This document shows, one piece after another, positions 47,397-57,846 of a DNA stretch of 60,349 nucleotides. Position numbers and translations under genes: made by a program. Numbering within the stretch: the stretch's first letter is position 1; the number at the start of each line of letters is the position of its first letter. The notes below the pieces were generated by a model. It was not told where the DNA came from, did not search any database, and saw only the letters and a program-made list of their open reading frames with translations. Source of the stretch: Acidimicrobiales bacterium. GTDB taxonomy: Bacteria; Actinomycetota; Acidimicrobiia; Acidimicrobiales; SZUA-35. The stretch spans positions 37,895 to 98,243 of the forward strand of contig JAHDCV010000002.1 in assembly GCA_020629695.1 (NCBI GenBank). Direction: 5' to 3'.

Positions 47397-47639
47397 ATGA
47401 CCGATCCGACCGACGCTGATCCCGCCGTGCTCGACGATGGGGTCTACGACGTGTTCGTCGTCGGCGCCGAACCCGACGACGGTGCGGTCGCGTTGTCGTT
47501 GACGGTGACCTCGGGACCGTTGAAGTCCGAGGTCGTGGAGCTCCGTCGGTCGGGCACACCCCTCGATGCCGTGCGCTGGCTCGGGTTGCCCGGAGAACTG
47601 ACCGTCGACGGCGGTGTCCCCCGTGTCCGCCTGGGCTGA
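47397..47639 (+). CDS. small hypothetical protein (80 aa)
   Basis: ORF only. Its end overlaps the DUF429 gene start. Confidence 0.3.
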   Translation: MTDPTDADPAVLDDGVYDVFVVGAEPDDGAVALSLTVTSGPLKSEVVELRRSGTPLDAVRWLGLPGELTVDGGVPRVRLG

Positions 47640-48321
47640 CTCGGGAATCGTCGTCGGCGTCGACGGCTGCCCGGGTGGCTGGAGCGTCGCGACGTGGGAC
47701 GGCGGTGAGCTGACCCTCGAGCGACACGACCGATTGGGCGGCCTCATCGGCCGAGCACGCGACGGCGAGGTCGACGTCGTGGCGATCGACATGCCGATGG
47801 GGTTGCTCGACCACGACCGGCGGAAGTCGGACGGCGACCTCCGCCGACGTCTCGGACCCCGGCGGGCGTCGCTGTTCCCACCGCCCATCCGGGCCGTGCT
47901 CACCGCTCGGGACTATGACGAGGCCCGCTCGAGGTCCCGAGCCGTCTGTGGCCGAGCGCCGTCGATCCAGGCATGGAACCTGGTCCCGAAGATCCGCGAA
48001 CTCGACGACCTCATCACCCCCGATGACCAGACGGTCGTCATCGAGGCCCACCCCGAGCTCGCCTTCGCCGCGCTGGGGGACGGCCCCCGACCAGCCGCGA
48101 AGTCGACACCCGAGGGTCGGGCGGACCGACGACGGCTTCTCGACGCACGCTTCGGGACATCGGCGGTGAGCAACGCACTCGTCGACCGTGCCGTTCCACT
48201 CGTCGACGCACTCGACTCGATCGTCCTGTGCGACCTCGCCGACCGTGTGCGCTGTGGCCGGGCCGAGGCCGTCGGATGGCAGCGCGACGCTCGCGGGCTC
48301 CGGGCGACGGTCTGGGTCTGA
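47614..48321 (+). CDS. DUF429-domain protein (predicted RNase-H-like nuclease)
   Basis: N-terminal GIVVGVDGCPGGW, typical of DUF429. Confidence 0.55.
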   Translation: MSPVSAWADSGIVVGVDGCPGGWSVATWDGGELTLERHDRLGGLIGRARDGEVDVVAIDMPMGLLDHDRRKSDGDLRRRLGPRRASLFPPPIRAVLTARDYDEARSRSRAVCGRAPSIQAWNLVPKIRELDDLITPDDQTVVIEAHPELAFAALGDGPRPAAKSTPEGRADRRRLLDARFGTSAVSNALVDRAVPLVDALDSIVLCDLADRVRCGRAEAVGWQRDARGLRATVWV

Positions 48322-48350
48322 CCGACGGTCGCCGGCTGAAGCCGGTGCCC

Positions 48351-49376
48351 TCAGGTGCCCCTGGGGCCGAGACCGCCCTCCCGGTAGCACTCGTCGATGA
48401 TCGCCATGGTGGCGATCGAATCCGACCCGCCGGTCGGCACCTCGGCACCGTCGAGCACCGCGGCGACGAAGGCTTCCATCTGATGGTGATAGGTGGTCAC
48501 CCCGTCGACCTGCTCGGTCGTGGTGGCTCCGTCTCGAGTCACCGTGATCCGGTGCCCGAACTGCGGGGCGATCGGGTTGTCGACACGAATCGAGCCGCCC
48601 GGGCCATCCACCTCGATCCACGAGGCACGCTCCACACCGTCGGCCATCGAGGTGTGGAGCTCGGCGATCAGGCCGTCGCCGAAGTCGAAGGTCATCCGGG
48701 TGTCGACGTCGACACGCTCGCGCCCGGGTGCGGTGTCGGGGACCATCGTGGCGTCGATCGTCACCGGTTCGCGACCAGCGACGAACCGGGCCCACTGCAC
48801 CGGATAGCACCCGAGATCCATGAGCGCGCCGCCCGACAGCTCGAACGTACGCCGGACCTCGTCGCGTGCAGGGATCGGCACCGTGAACGCCGTGCGGATC
48901 GCCGTCGCTCCGCCGATCTCAGCGACGAGCTCGACGAGGCGGTCGGCCAGCGGGTGGTAGCGCCAGTGGAACGCCTCGACGAGCACGAGACCGGCGCTGT
49001 CGGCCGCCTCGACCATCTCGCGGGCCTCGGCTTCGTTGGACGCGAACGGTTTCTCGCAGAGCACGTGTTTGCCGGCGGCGAGCGCCGCGAGCGTCCACTG
49101 GTGGTGGAGGCTGATCGCCAGAGGGATGAACACGGCGTCGACGTCGTCCCGGGCCAGCAACGCCTCGTAGTCGTCGGCCACATGGGCGATGCCGTGTTCG
49201 GCGGCGTGGGCCTCCGCTCGGGCACGGTCTCGGGCGGCGATCGCGACGAGCTGGACCCGATCGACGGTCTGCATCGGCTCGTAGAGCGCCTTCGTCGAGA
49301 TGTTGGCGGCACCGAGCACACCCAGCCGGAGTGGGGCGGTCGGGCGGGAGGCGGCGTCGGTCGTCATGGCGCTCAT
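48351..49376 (-). CDS. Gfo/Idh/MocA-family oxidoreductase
   Basis: N-terminal Rossmann motif LRLGVLGAANIS. EKP motif (VLCEKPFA). 341 aa. Confidence 0.8.
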   Translation of the reverse strand: MSAMTTDAASRPTAPLRLGVLGAANISTKALYEPMQTVDRVQLVAIAARDRARAEAHAAEHGIAHVADDYEALLARDDVDAVFIPLAISLHHQWTLAALAAGKHVLCEKPFASNEAEAREMVEAADSAGLVLVEAFHWRYHPLADRLVELVAEIGGATAIRTAFTVPIPARDEVRRTFELSGGALMDLGCYPVQWARFVAGREPVTIDATMVPDTAPGRERVDVDTRMTFDFGDGLIAELHTSMADGVERASWIEVDGPGGSIRVDNPIAPQFGHRITVTRDGATTTEQVDGVTTYHHQMEAFVAAVLDGAEVPTGGSDSIATMAIIDECYREGGLGPRGT

Positions 49377-49807
49377 GATGTCGCCGATTCGGGATCGTCG
49401 CGCAGCCACGTCCGAAGCCCGCCGGCGATCTCGGCCGCCTGGTCGGTGGAGGCGTACTTGGTCCGCGGCCAGAAGAAGCCCCGGAGCCCATCGCCCTTCG
49501 TCCTCGGCACGACGTGGACGTGGAGATGCGGCACGCTCTGCGACACACGGTTGTTCATGGCGACGAAGCTTCCCTGGGCGCCGAGTACCGCCTCGAGCGC
49601 GGCGGCGACCCGCCGCGCTCGGCCGAAGACGGCGTCGAGGTGCACGGGATCGAGGTCGACCAGCGTCTCGACGTGATGCGTCGGGACCACCAGGGTGTGG
49701 CCGTGGAACAGCGGCGTGTGATCCAGGAACGCCATCGTGGACTCGTCTCGCCACACCACGTGGGCGTCGAGCGAACCGTCGAGGACCTGGCAGAACACAC
49801 AGCTCAT
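49373..49807 (-). CDS. HIT-family (histidine triad) protein
   Basis: HVHVHVVPR histidine triad. Zn-finger-like CVFC N-terminus. Overlaps the Gfo start by 4 nt (ATGA). Confidence 0.8.
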   Translation of the reverse strand: MSCVFCQVLDGSLDAHVVWRDESTMAFLDHTPLFHGHTLVVPTHHVETLVDLDPVHLDAVFGRARRVAAALEAVLGAQGSFVAMNNRVSQSVPHLHVHVVPRTKGDGLRGFFWPRTKYASTDQAAEIAGGLRTWLRDDPESATS

Positions 49808-49952
49808 CGCCCGATGATCGCGTCGTTCGGCACCACGCACCGCACCTCTGGGGAATTCTCGAGAAACCGTCCCGGAAATCCCCCTCTGTGGTCGACCGAC
49901 CACCTAGGGTGCAACAGCGGTCGGAGGCCCTCGCCCAGGAGCACCCCTGTTC

Positions 49953-50534
49953 ATGCTGTCTTTCAACGGCTCGACACCGACCCTCTACGGACTCGACGTC
50001 CTCGCACTGACCGATGCCGATCCGGTCGACCCCGAGCGGGCGCGGATCCGCACGATCGGCATCGCGACCGACGCCGGAGCCGTCAGCTTCTCCGGTGACG
50101 AGGCGACGGTCCTCTCCGACACCGTCGACTTCCTCCGCACGAGCGAGGCGGGCTGCATCGTGACCTGGCGAGGCTCGTCGCTCGTGCTGCCCCTTCTGGT
50201 GGCCAGGGCCGAGATCATCGGCCTCGACCTCGGTCTGCGCTGCACCGAGGACCGACGGGGGGCGCAGGTCGACGTCGCCGGGTTCGACCAGCCACTGCTC
50301 GCCACCTGGCTGCAGCACCAGCATCTCGACCTCAAGCGGTTCTACGACCAGCGAGCCATCGGTGAGCCGGAACAGGAGCCCGACACCGACGAGTTCTGCG
50401 ACCGGGACCCGGCCAACACCGCCGGATTGCTGCGTTCCATGGCACGGCGACGGTGGGACCGCGCTCGGCGGTCCGTCGATCCGACCGGGCATCCGTCCTC
50501 ACCGTCGTTTTCCGATGAGGTCATGACTCGATAG
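49953..50534 (+). CDS. hypothetical protein (possible RNase-H-like/DEDD exonuclease fold)
   Basis: GLDVLALTDADP...IRTIGIA resembles an exo-I motif; weak. Confidence 0.3.
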   Translation: MLSFNGSTPTLYGLDVLALTDADPVDPERARIRTIGIATDAGAVSFSGDEATVLSDTVDFLRTSEAGCIVTWRGSSLVLPLLVARAEIIGLDLGLRCTEDRRGAQVDVAGFDQPLLATWLQHQHLDLKRFYDQRAIGEPEQEPDTDEFCDRDPANTAGLLRSMARRRWDRARRSVDPTGHPSSPSFSDEVMTR

Positions 50535-50545
50535 TCTCGGCCGCC

Positions 50546-50968
50546 GTGCAGTTGGAGCTCGGCCCGATCGATGCCAGGGACATGGAACGTTGGACCCGCT
50601 TCGCGCGGCGCGTGCTCCTGGAGGTCCGGACCGACGTCGATCACGACGCCGTGATCGACGTCGACGTGCTCGATGGTTGGGCTCGCCTCATCGACTCGTG
50701 GCAGCGCACGGCCGCCGCGAGCACGACGACCTTCCGGTGGACCGAACAGCTCGACTGCGACCAGGGTGAGTACCTCCTCCACGGCCTCATCCGAGGCCTC
50801 GGTGGACAGGATCTCGGCGAGCTCGTGACGCTCGAGGACGTCGCTGATCAGGCCGTGGTGACCCGCCACGTCCTCGGGTGCTTCCTCGACGCGATGTGCG
50901 ACGAGAACGACGCGGCCGCGGCCTTCACCGAGGATCTGCGCCACCGCTATCTCAGCAACGCGACCTGA
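50546..50968 (+). CDS. hypothetical protein, 140 aa
   Basis: GTG start; acidic; no domain recognised. Confidence 0.3.
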   Translation: MQLELGPIDARDMERWTRFARRVLLEVRTDVDHDAVIDVDVLDGWARLIDSWQRTAAASTTTFRWTEQLDCDQGEYLLHGLIRGLGGQDLGELVTLEDVADQAVVTRHVLGCFLDAMCDENDAAAAFTEDLRHRYLSNAT

Positions 50969-50977
50969 GCCGCTCCC

Positions 50978-53900
50978 TCAGCGTTCACGATCGAGCGCAT
51001 CGGCGATCCGTCCGAGCGCGGCGACCGCATCGCTCGCCGGATCGCGGCCCGCACTCGCCCATCGGGATCGGATGGCATCCCACCGCGCGATCTGGTCGGG
51101 GTCGAGGCGATCCCGCATGGCGCCGAGCGCGAGGAGGTTCTGTTCGGCGCGATCGGTGAGCGTCTGAGCCTCGGACTGATAGTGGTCGTGCACCACCGCA
51201 TCGAGCTCCTCCGGCCGCATCGCGGCGACGACTCGCGAGGCGATCCGAGCCATGTTGCGGTAGGAGCCCTGCAGGAGGAACGGCGGAGCGACCCGGTCGG
51301 CGTCGTTCATCGCCGCCGAGGCCACATAGGCCGCATTCACGGCCATGACCGTCTCCTGGGCCCGGTCGAGCAGTCCGATGAGTCGCACGACCTGGGCGAG
51401 ATCGGCGCCGTCCCACCGGTGAGCGAGGCCGTCGCTCGAGGTCGCACGGCGACCGCGGGCCATGGCGAGCACCGCCTCGACGTCGTCGACGAGCCTCGCG
51501 GCGAACGGCGCGAGATCGGCGCACGCGGTCACGGAGTTCTCGAGGTACGACAGCGCGAAGTCGTCGGCGTGTTCGTCGGCGACGTCGCCGAGATTGTGCA
51601 CATCGGCTCGGTTCACGAGCATGTCGGGCAGATCGAACCGGACACCGCCGGTCGAGTACGGGTTGCCCGCCATGACCACGGCGAAGCGGCGCCCCCGCAG
51701 GTCGTGGGTGACGGCCTCACCGTCGACCACTCCTTCGATGCGTCGGGTCGCATCGGCCAACGGGATGAACCGGGAGAGCAGTTCGGGTGAGGTGAACTGG
51801 ATGTCGTCGATGAACAGCATCACGTTCCGGCCCATCCGCAGCGCGAGATTGATCTTCTCGACCTCGGCTCGGGCCGCGGCGTCGGGTGCATCCGCGGGAT
51901 CCAGTGAGGTCGTACCGGTGCCGAGCGCGGGCCCGTTGACCTTGACCATCAACATGCCGAGCCGGTCGGCGAGCCAGGCCATGAGCGTGGTCTTGCCGTA
52001 ACCGGGAGGCGATGTGAGCACCAGCACGCCGCTGCGGGCCTGCTCGGCTCCGTCGACCGTGCCGATCTGACGGGCGAGGTTGGCACCGATCAACGGCAGC
52101 AGCGCACGATCGATCAGTCGATTCCTCACGAATCCGGCCATCACCTGGGGACGATGACCGTCGAGATCGAGCGCCGCCCGAGCGTCGGCCACCACGGCAC
52201 GTCGCGCCGCCTGGTAGGCCGGCCACCGGAGCGCCATCCGTTCGAATCGTCCTCCGACTCGATCCGCCAGTTCGTCGAAGCGGACGGCGAGCACACCGTC
52301 GCTGATCCGCCGGTGACCGCTCACCAGGCCGTCGACGAGCACGGTGCCACGGTGGGCGACGACCTCGCTCCCGACGTGGGGAGCGGCGAGCACCGCGGCG
52401 GCCTCGTCCACGTCGAACGCCGCGGCGCCGAGCGCTGCGTGGGTCTCGATCGCGCCGTCGAGCCAGGAGCGGGCGACCCCGATCCGGTCGTGGAGATCGG
52501 GCGCCGCATCGAGCGCCGTCCGGAAGGCGGCCCAACCATCGGTCCCGAGTGCGTCTTCGGTCTGGCGCAGGAGGTCGTCGACGGTGGAGGGCAGGCTGAG
52601 CCGGCCCGGCGATCGACCGAGATCGTCGAGCAACACGGCCACACCGGCCACGGCGTCGAGACCCGACGGAATCTCGGCACCGTCGATGAGCTCCCGTGCC
52701 AGTCCCTCCAGACCGGCGCGGACTCCGACGTGTTCGGCTGCCGCCCGACCGGCCCGGGCGCGCCGCTCCGCGGCTTCGAGTCGTTCCGGCGACCACTCGG
52801 CGACGAGGAGGCGAGCGGCGGCTCGGGCGGAGCCCGCATGGGTCAGCACGGGATCGTCGGCTCCGTGTCCCGACAGTGCGGCGAGGATCCTCACGGCGTC
52901 GTGATCGTGGACGCCGATCTCGTAACCCTCCCCGTGTCGGTGCTCGGCGACGCGGCGGACCGTGACCTGCAGCTCGTCGGGTGACGCGGCCAACGACGCG
53001 ATCGATCGGCCTCCGGCTCGGAGTTCGGCGACGACCGCCCATGCGAGGAACTCGGCACGAGCGACCTCGGCGTCCTCCGACGGATGGCTTCTGTCGAGCA
53101 GATCGGCGAAGTCCCCGAGCGCGTCGGTCACGTCGAGCGAGAACTCCGTTCCCGTCACCACGGCGTCGATCCGGCCGGAACCGGCCGGCGCGAGGACGAG
53201 CTCGAAGGGCTGATGGTTGGGTGCGAAGCGGAAGCCGCCGAACACGACCGAACCGTCGTCGGCCACCAGGTCGGCCGTGTCCCGGACCCGACGTCGCGCC
53301 TCCTCGGCGGACGAGATCAACTCGTTGCGGACCTCGGCCGCTCGACCCGTCTCGCCGAGCTCCTCCAGCTCGTCGGCCAGTCCGCGGACCCGGGCCACCA
53401 TCTGATCCGCGGCGAAGAAGCCAGCGATCTCGGCGTCGTCGGCTGCTTCGGAAGCTCGACGGACCACCGTCGCCAGCAGTCGCCGGGCGGCGTCCACGAG
53501 TCGCTGCGTCCTGCGGGCCCGTTCGTCGACGAGTTCGGACCGCCGGGCCCCGAAGGTCTCGTTGAGACGGACGCGCAGCTCGATCAGCCGGTCGAGTCGG
53601 TCCGGGTCCTCGCCGTAGCGGGTCTCGATCCGCTCGAGATTCACCAGAAGCCGTGCGAGCTCCGCATCGACGGCCTCGGGCGTGTCGACGCCGCTGACTG
53701 CGCCACGCATCGATTGCTCGAGCAGGGCGAACTCGGCGTCGAACGCCTCGTCGGATTCCGCCGACCGCAATGAGCCCCGACGCGTCTCGAGCTGGGCCCG
53801 CACCCGGTTCGACTGAGCCGTGACATCGGCGATCCGCCGGACGATCCGCGTTCGTGCCGTCGGTTCCCCGGCGTCGAGCGACGAGACCGCGTCCACGACG

Positions 53901-55810
53901 GCGTCGAGATCGCCCGTGACCTCGACGATCCGCTCGAGTACCGCATCGACCGACGACGCGTCCGGTGCGGCGAGTCCGTCCGTCGACAGCTGATCGAGCC
54001 GCGAGGCGAAGCCGGCGAACGCGGCGTCGTCGTCCAGGATCGAGGCCGCCCGCTCCGCGAGCGAGACCATCGCCGCGTCGAGATCACCGAGGAGACGGGC
54101 GACGCCGTCGTCGTCGATCTCGGCGACGTCGGTCAACAGGCTCGCTTCGCCCCGCTGCCGGCGGAGCGCTCCGAGAGCACCGACCACCTCGGTCGGATCC
54201 GTCGCCCGGTCGGCGTCGTCCACGGCCCGGGCGGCGCTCCGTCGCGCGTCGGCCAACCGCGACTCGGCCTCGGCGCGCTGTCGGCGGACCTTCACGTACT
54301 CGTCGACGAGCAACCCGGCGGTGTCGACGATCTCACGCAGGCCGTCGTGCAACGCACTGGCTTCGGGATCGGCCAACCAGAGGTGCGTGTCGAGCGCACG
54401 ACGAGCCGCGACGATGATCGCCTCCCAGGTGCGCTCCGACGGATCGGCATCGTCCACGAGTTGGCCGACGTCGTAGGCGTCGGCCAGTCCGGCGACGAGG
54501 TCGGCGTTGCCGACCCGGGTGATCCACGGATCACCGTCCTCGGCGACCGGCTCGCGATGATCCGGATCGACGAACGGCGTCTCCCACCACTGGATGGGAT
54601 GAACTCGGGCCGGGTCGGCGTCGGTGGGCGCGGCCCGGAAGAGCACCATCCGACCGTCCGAGAACAACGTGAAGCCGTGGCACGGGATGATCTGGGCGAT
54701 CTCGCGCCGCACGCGGTTGTAGGGCGCCAGCAGATAGTCGCCGTTCTCACGATGATGGAAGACGTACAGGAGGTCCTCACCATTCGGAGCGGCGACCAGC
54801 TCCTCGAAGACCATGCCGTCGGTGTCGACATCGAAGAGCCGGGTTCCGGTCGTGGCGAGGTGGTAGCCGCCGGGGAACACGACCCCGTCGCCGCCGGGCA
54901 GTGTCCGTGCCGCCTGACCGAGTGCGTCGACACGGGTACCACGTCGGGTGCGACGGCCGAAGAGATAGTGGCGCGCCGGCTCGGCGTACAGCTCGACCCG
55001 GATCGCGAGCTCCTCGCCGACCTCGGCCGAGGCGACCCCGACGTCGGCGAGCGACTGACCGGGCACCTCGACCGGCTCGTCGAGCTCGACACGACCGCCC
55101 GGTGTGCCGTCCTCGACACGCAACTGGAGTCGCCCTCCGCGGAATCCGACGAAGACCTCGTCGAGCACCGACACCGTCGGGTGAGCGCCCGCTCGCTGAT
55201 CCTCCCGGGTCGCGGCGACCCACCGGAGATCGTGGGTCTCCGGCCAGGCGTAGTCACGCTCCCCTCGACTGTCCAGGAACGTGACCTCATCGTCGGCCGA
55301 GACCGTCCAGCGGAGCACCACGAGATCGTCGAGTCGCTCGCCGATCCGGAAGGCGGCGAGGATCTGGGTCGCGGTGCGACGGAGATCGGCGAATCGGGCC
55401 TTCCCGTAGAACTTGTGGAGCTTCTCGAACGCGGTGCGGAACTCGGGATCGGCGAGGAAGTTCCGAGGGTCGTCACCGGCCAGGGGCGCCAGTTCGTCGC
55501 CGTCGTGTGGTTCGTAGAGAGCGAAGACGTGCTCGGGCGCGACCTCGGCCAGCTCGGGCGTCGCCAGGTACCCCAGGAGGAGCAGCTCACCGACGCGGAT
55601 CATGTCGCGCGGGCGGCAGGCGAGATCGGTCCGGAGACGATCCGACGACGCGAGCCGGACCGGACGGCGCCCGAATCGTTCCGTACGTCGATCATCGAGC
55701 GCCGCGGCCGCGTCGACCGTCTCACGGACGGTCGTGCGGAGTCGACGGCGGAGCAGGTCGTAGGACCCGCCAGCGGGCGCTCCGTCGGATGACGGCTCGG
55801 TGTCAGTCAA
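50978..55810 (-). CDS. giant (1610 aa) flotillin-operon protein: novel N-terminal about 1100 aa with coiled-coil stretches, plus C-terminal AAA_5/MoxR-type ATPase
   Basis: TTG start 9 nt after the flotillin stop. The C-terminal domain has a Walker A VLVLTSPPGYGKTTLMAWLADRLG, a Walker B NVMLFIDDIQ, and a sensor FAVVMAGNPYS. The N-terminal region has no recognisable motifs. The alternative-strand ORFs here are low-complexity Arg/Pro artefacts. Confidence 0.7.
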   Translation of the reverse strand: MTDTEPSSDGAPAGGSYDLLRRRLRTTVRETVDAAAALDDRRTERFGRRPVRLASSDRLRTDLACRPRDMIRVGELLLLGYLATPELAEVAPEHVFALYEPHDGDELAPLAGDDPRNFLADPEFRTAFEKLHKFYGKARFADLRRTATQILAAFRIGERLDDLVVLRWTVSADDEVTFLDSRGERDYAWPETHDLRWVAATREDQRAGAHPTVSVLDEVFVGFRGGRLQLRVEDGTPGGRVELDEPVEVPGQSLADVGVASAEVGEELAIRVELYAEPARHYLFGRRTRRGTRVDALGQAARTLPGGDGVVFPGGYHLATTGTRLFDVDTDGMVFEELVAAPNGEDLLYVFHHRENGDYLLAPYNRVRREIAQIIPCHGFTLFSDGRMVLFRAAPTDADPARVHPIQWWETPFVDPDHREPVAEDGDPWITRVGNADLVAGLADAYDVGQLVDDADPSERTWEAIIVAARRALDTHLWLADPEASALHDGLREIVDTAGLLVDEYVKVRRQRAEAESRLADARRSAARAVDDADRATDPTEVVGALGALRRQRGEASLLTDVAEIDDDGVARLLGDLDAAMVSLAERAASILDDDAAFAGFASRLDQLSTDGLAAPDASSVDAVLERIVEVTGDLDAVVDAVSSLDAGEPTARTRIVRRIADVTAQSNRVRAQLETRRGSLRSAESDEAFDAEFALLEQSMRGAVSGVDTPEAVDAELARLLVNLERIETRYGEDPDRLDRLIELRVRLNETFGARRSELVDERARRTQRLVDAARRLLATVVRRASEAADDAEIAGFFAADQMVARVRGLADELEELGETGRAAEVRNELISSAEEARRRVRDTADLVADDGSVVFGGFRFAPNHQPFELVLAPAGSGRIDAVVTGTEFSLDVTDALGDFADLLDRSHPSEDAEVARAEFLAWAVVAELRAGGRSIASLAASPDELQVTVRRVAEHRHGEGYEIGVHDHDAVRILAALSGHGADDPVLTHAGSARAAARLLVAEWSPERLEAAERRARAGRAAAEHVGVRAGLEGLARELIDGAEIPSGLDAVAGVAVLLDDLGRSPGRLSLPSTVDDLLRQTEDALGTDGWAAFRTALDAAPDLHDRIGVARSWLDGAIETHAALGAAAFDVDEAAAVLAAPHVGSEVVAHRGTVLVDGLVSGHRRISDGVLAVRFDELADRVGGRFERMALRWPAYQAARRAVVADARAALDLDGHRPQVMAGFVRNRLIDRALLPLIGANLARQIGTVDGAEQARSGVLVLTSPPGYGKTTLMAWLADRLGMLMVKVNGPALGTGTTSLDPADAPDAAARAEVEKINLALRMGRNVMLFIDDIQFTSPELLSRFIPLADATRRIEGVVDGEAVTHDLRGRRFAVVMAGNPYSTGGVRFDLPDMLVNRADVHNLGDVADEHADDFALSYLENSVTACADLAPFAARLVDDVEAVLAMARGRRATSSDGLAHRWDGADLAQVVRLIGLLDRAQETVMAVNAAYVASAAMNDADRVAPPFLLQGSYRNMARIASRVVAAMRPEELDAVVHDHYQSEAQTLTDRAEQNLLALGAMRDRLDPDQIARWDAIRSRWASAGRDPASDAVAALGRIADALDRER

Positions 55811-55818
55811 CGGAGGCC

Positions 55819-57846
55819 TCAGCCCTGGTCACCGTCGAGCAAGTCACGCACCGACGCCTCACCCAGCCCACCCGATGCCACGGCGTCTCGCAGGCGTTCC
55901 ACGAGATCACCACCACCGAGACGACCACCGAGCCGATTGACCAGATCGGCCACGGTCAGGTCGCGGATGCCGGCGGCGCCGATGCCGCCGATGCCGTCGG
56001 CGACGTCGCTGACCAGATTCGCCTCGCCCTCGAGGTACGGCGACAACATGCGCCGACCGGCGGCACTCGAGTTCACGAACCCGTCGATCGCCTGACCGTG
56101 CCCCGCCGCCGACAGGATGCGCTCGACGATGCCCTCGTCCGAGACGATCTGCACGTCGGCGTTCGACAAGGATTCGCCGAGGGCACTGGCGGCCGACTTG
56201 GCGACTTCGGCTCGGGCGCCGATCGCGGCGAGCTCGATCTCACGATCGGTGTCGAGTCGGAGGCGGAACTCCTCGTGCTCCTGGCCGGCGGCGGTCATCG
56301 CCCCGACACCTTCCGACTTCGCCTTGAGGCCCGCACCCTCGCCCTCGAGCCTCGAACGGGTCGCATCACCCTCGGCGACACCCAGTTCACGCACCGCTTC
56401 GGCATCGGCTCGCTTGACCTCGACCTCGGCGAGCCCGGTCGCCCGGATCGCATCGGCCCGCTCGCGTTCGACCTGGACCGCAGCGAGCCCGTCGGCTGCA
56501 GCGACGGCCTGGGAACCCTCGGCCCGCCGCTTGTTCGCCTGCATCTCCTGGGCGGCGGCGTCGGCCTCGGCCCGGGCCAGCGTCGTGAGTCGCTCGGCTT
56601 CGGCACCGGCGGCCTGCTTGTCCGCGTCGGCTTCCTTCACTCGGGCGATGAAGGCGGCCTCCGCCTGCCCTTCTGCGCTCTTGACCTCGGCCTCGGCTTG
56701 CCGCTGTGCCTCCTCGACGACGCGCAGCGTCGCGATCTCCTCTTCCTTCTCGGCCACACCGAGCTCGGCTTCGACCCTGCCCCGGCTGAGTTCGGCGAGC
56801 TCCCGCTCGGTGGCTTCCTTGTCCTTCGCCGCCTCGGCGACCGCGGTGTCCCGACCGATCTCGGCCAGGGCCCGATCCCGCTCGATCTCCTCGGTCTGCA
56901 CGGCGATCACGCGCTGGCGGTTCGCATCGGCGAGAGCGATCTCCCGGTCCTTGTTCTGATCGGCCACGCCGACGTTCTGTTCGGTCGAGATCCGGGCCTC
57001 CTCGGCCACACGAACCGCTTCGGCCTCGGCAGCGCGGGCTTCGGCCTCGGCGCGGGCCTTGACCGTGCGGATCTCCTGCTGCTGCCGGGCCTCGGCCTCG
57101 GCACGGTCGCGGTCCATCTCGAACACGGCCTTGTCCGCATCGGTCGTGCGGCGGGTGGTCTCCTCGCGCTCACGCTCCTGGGCGTCATTGGTCCGGATGT
57201 GCTGGTCGGCGGTTCGTTCCGTGATCTTCCGGATGCCGTCGGCGTCGAGGATGTTCTGCGGATCGAGCGCCTCGATCGGCGTCTGCTCGAGATAGTCGAT
57301 GGCGACGTCCTCGAGGACGTAGCCGTTGAGGTCCTGGCCGATGATTCCGATGATCACGTCCTTGAACTGCTGGCGGCTCGTGTAGAGGTCCTCGAAGTCG
57401 AATTCCTTGCCGGCCGACTTCAGTGCCTCGGAGAACTTCGCGGCGAACAGCTCCCGCAGCGTGTTCTGGTCGGACGCCCGGTCGACACCGACCTGTTGCG
57501 CGACCCGGATGACCGCCTCCTCGGTCTTGTCGACCTTCACGTAGAACTCGACGGCGATGTCGGCTCGGACGTTGTCCTTGCAGACGAGCCCGTCCTTGCC
57601 GCGGCGATCGACCTGGATGTTCTTGACCGAGATGTCCATGACCTCGGCTTTGTGGATCACGGGGATCACGATCTGACCGGTGAAGGTCACCACCACCGCC
57701 TTCCACTTGGACACGACGAGCGCCTGGCCCTGGGGGACCTTGCGGAAGAGGCGAGTCACGAGCAGCCCGAGTGCGATCAGCACGACCGCCGAGATTCCGA
57801 TCACCGTGAGCGCTGCGGCGAGAACACCGTTCATGTCAGATGCCAT
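55819..57846 (-). CDS. flotillin-family SPFH protein (FloT/YuaG-like), about 675 aa
   Basis: N-terminal TM VLAAALTVIGISAVVLIALGLLV, then an SPFH core (VPQGQALVVSK...VIPVIHKAEVMDISVKNIQV). A very long Ala/Glu-rich flotillin coiled coil (EA-repeats) and a C-terminal flotillin tail. Confidence 0.85.
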   Translation of the reverse strand: MASDMNGVLAAALTVIGISAVVLIALGLLVTRLFRKVPQGQALVVSKWKAVVVTFTGQIVIPVIHKAEVMDISVKNIQVDRRGKDGLVCKDNVRADIAVEFYVKVDKTEEAVIRVAQQVGVDRASDQNTLRELFAAKFSEALKSAGKEFDFEDLYTSRQQFKDVIIGIIGQDLNGYVLEDVAIDYLEQTPIEALDPQNILDADGIRKITERTADQHIRTNDAQEREREETTRRTTDADKAVFEMDRDRAEAEARQQQEIRTVKARAEAEARAAEAEAVRVAEEARISTEQNVGVADQNKDREIALADANRQRVIAVQTEEIERDRALAEIGRDTAVAEAAKDKEATERELAELSRGRVEAELGVAEKEEEIATLRVVEEAQRQAEAEVKSAEGQAEAAFIARVKEADADKQAAGAEAERLTTLARAEADAAAQEMQANKRRAEGSQAVAAADGLAAVQVERERADAIRATGLAEVEVKRADAEAVRELGVAEGDATRSRLEGEGAGLKAKSEGVGAMTAAGQEHEEFRLRLDTDREIELAAIGARAEVAKSAASALGESLSNADVQIVSDEGIVERILSAAGHGQAIDGFVNSSAAGRRMLSPYLEGEANLVSDVADGIGGIGAAGIRDLTVADLVNRLGGRLGGGDLVERLRDAVASGGLGEASVRDLLDGDQG

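Noticed and set aside
51182-55792. Multiple 200-480-aa ORFs on both strands inside the giant ATPase region
   Set aside because: They overlap the single continuous 1610-aa frame, which has clear AAA motifs. The giant ORF is the parsimonious call, although a sequencing frameshift cannot be excluded without reads.
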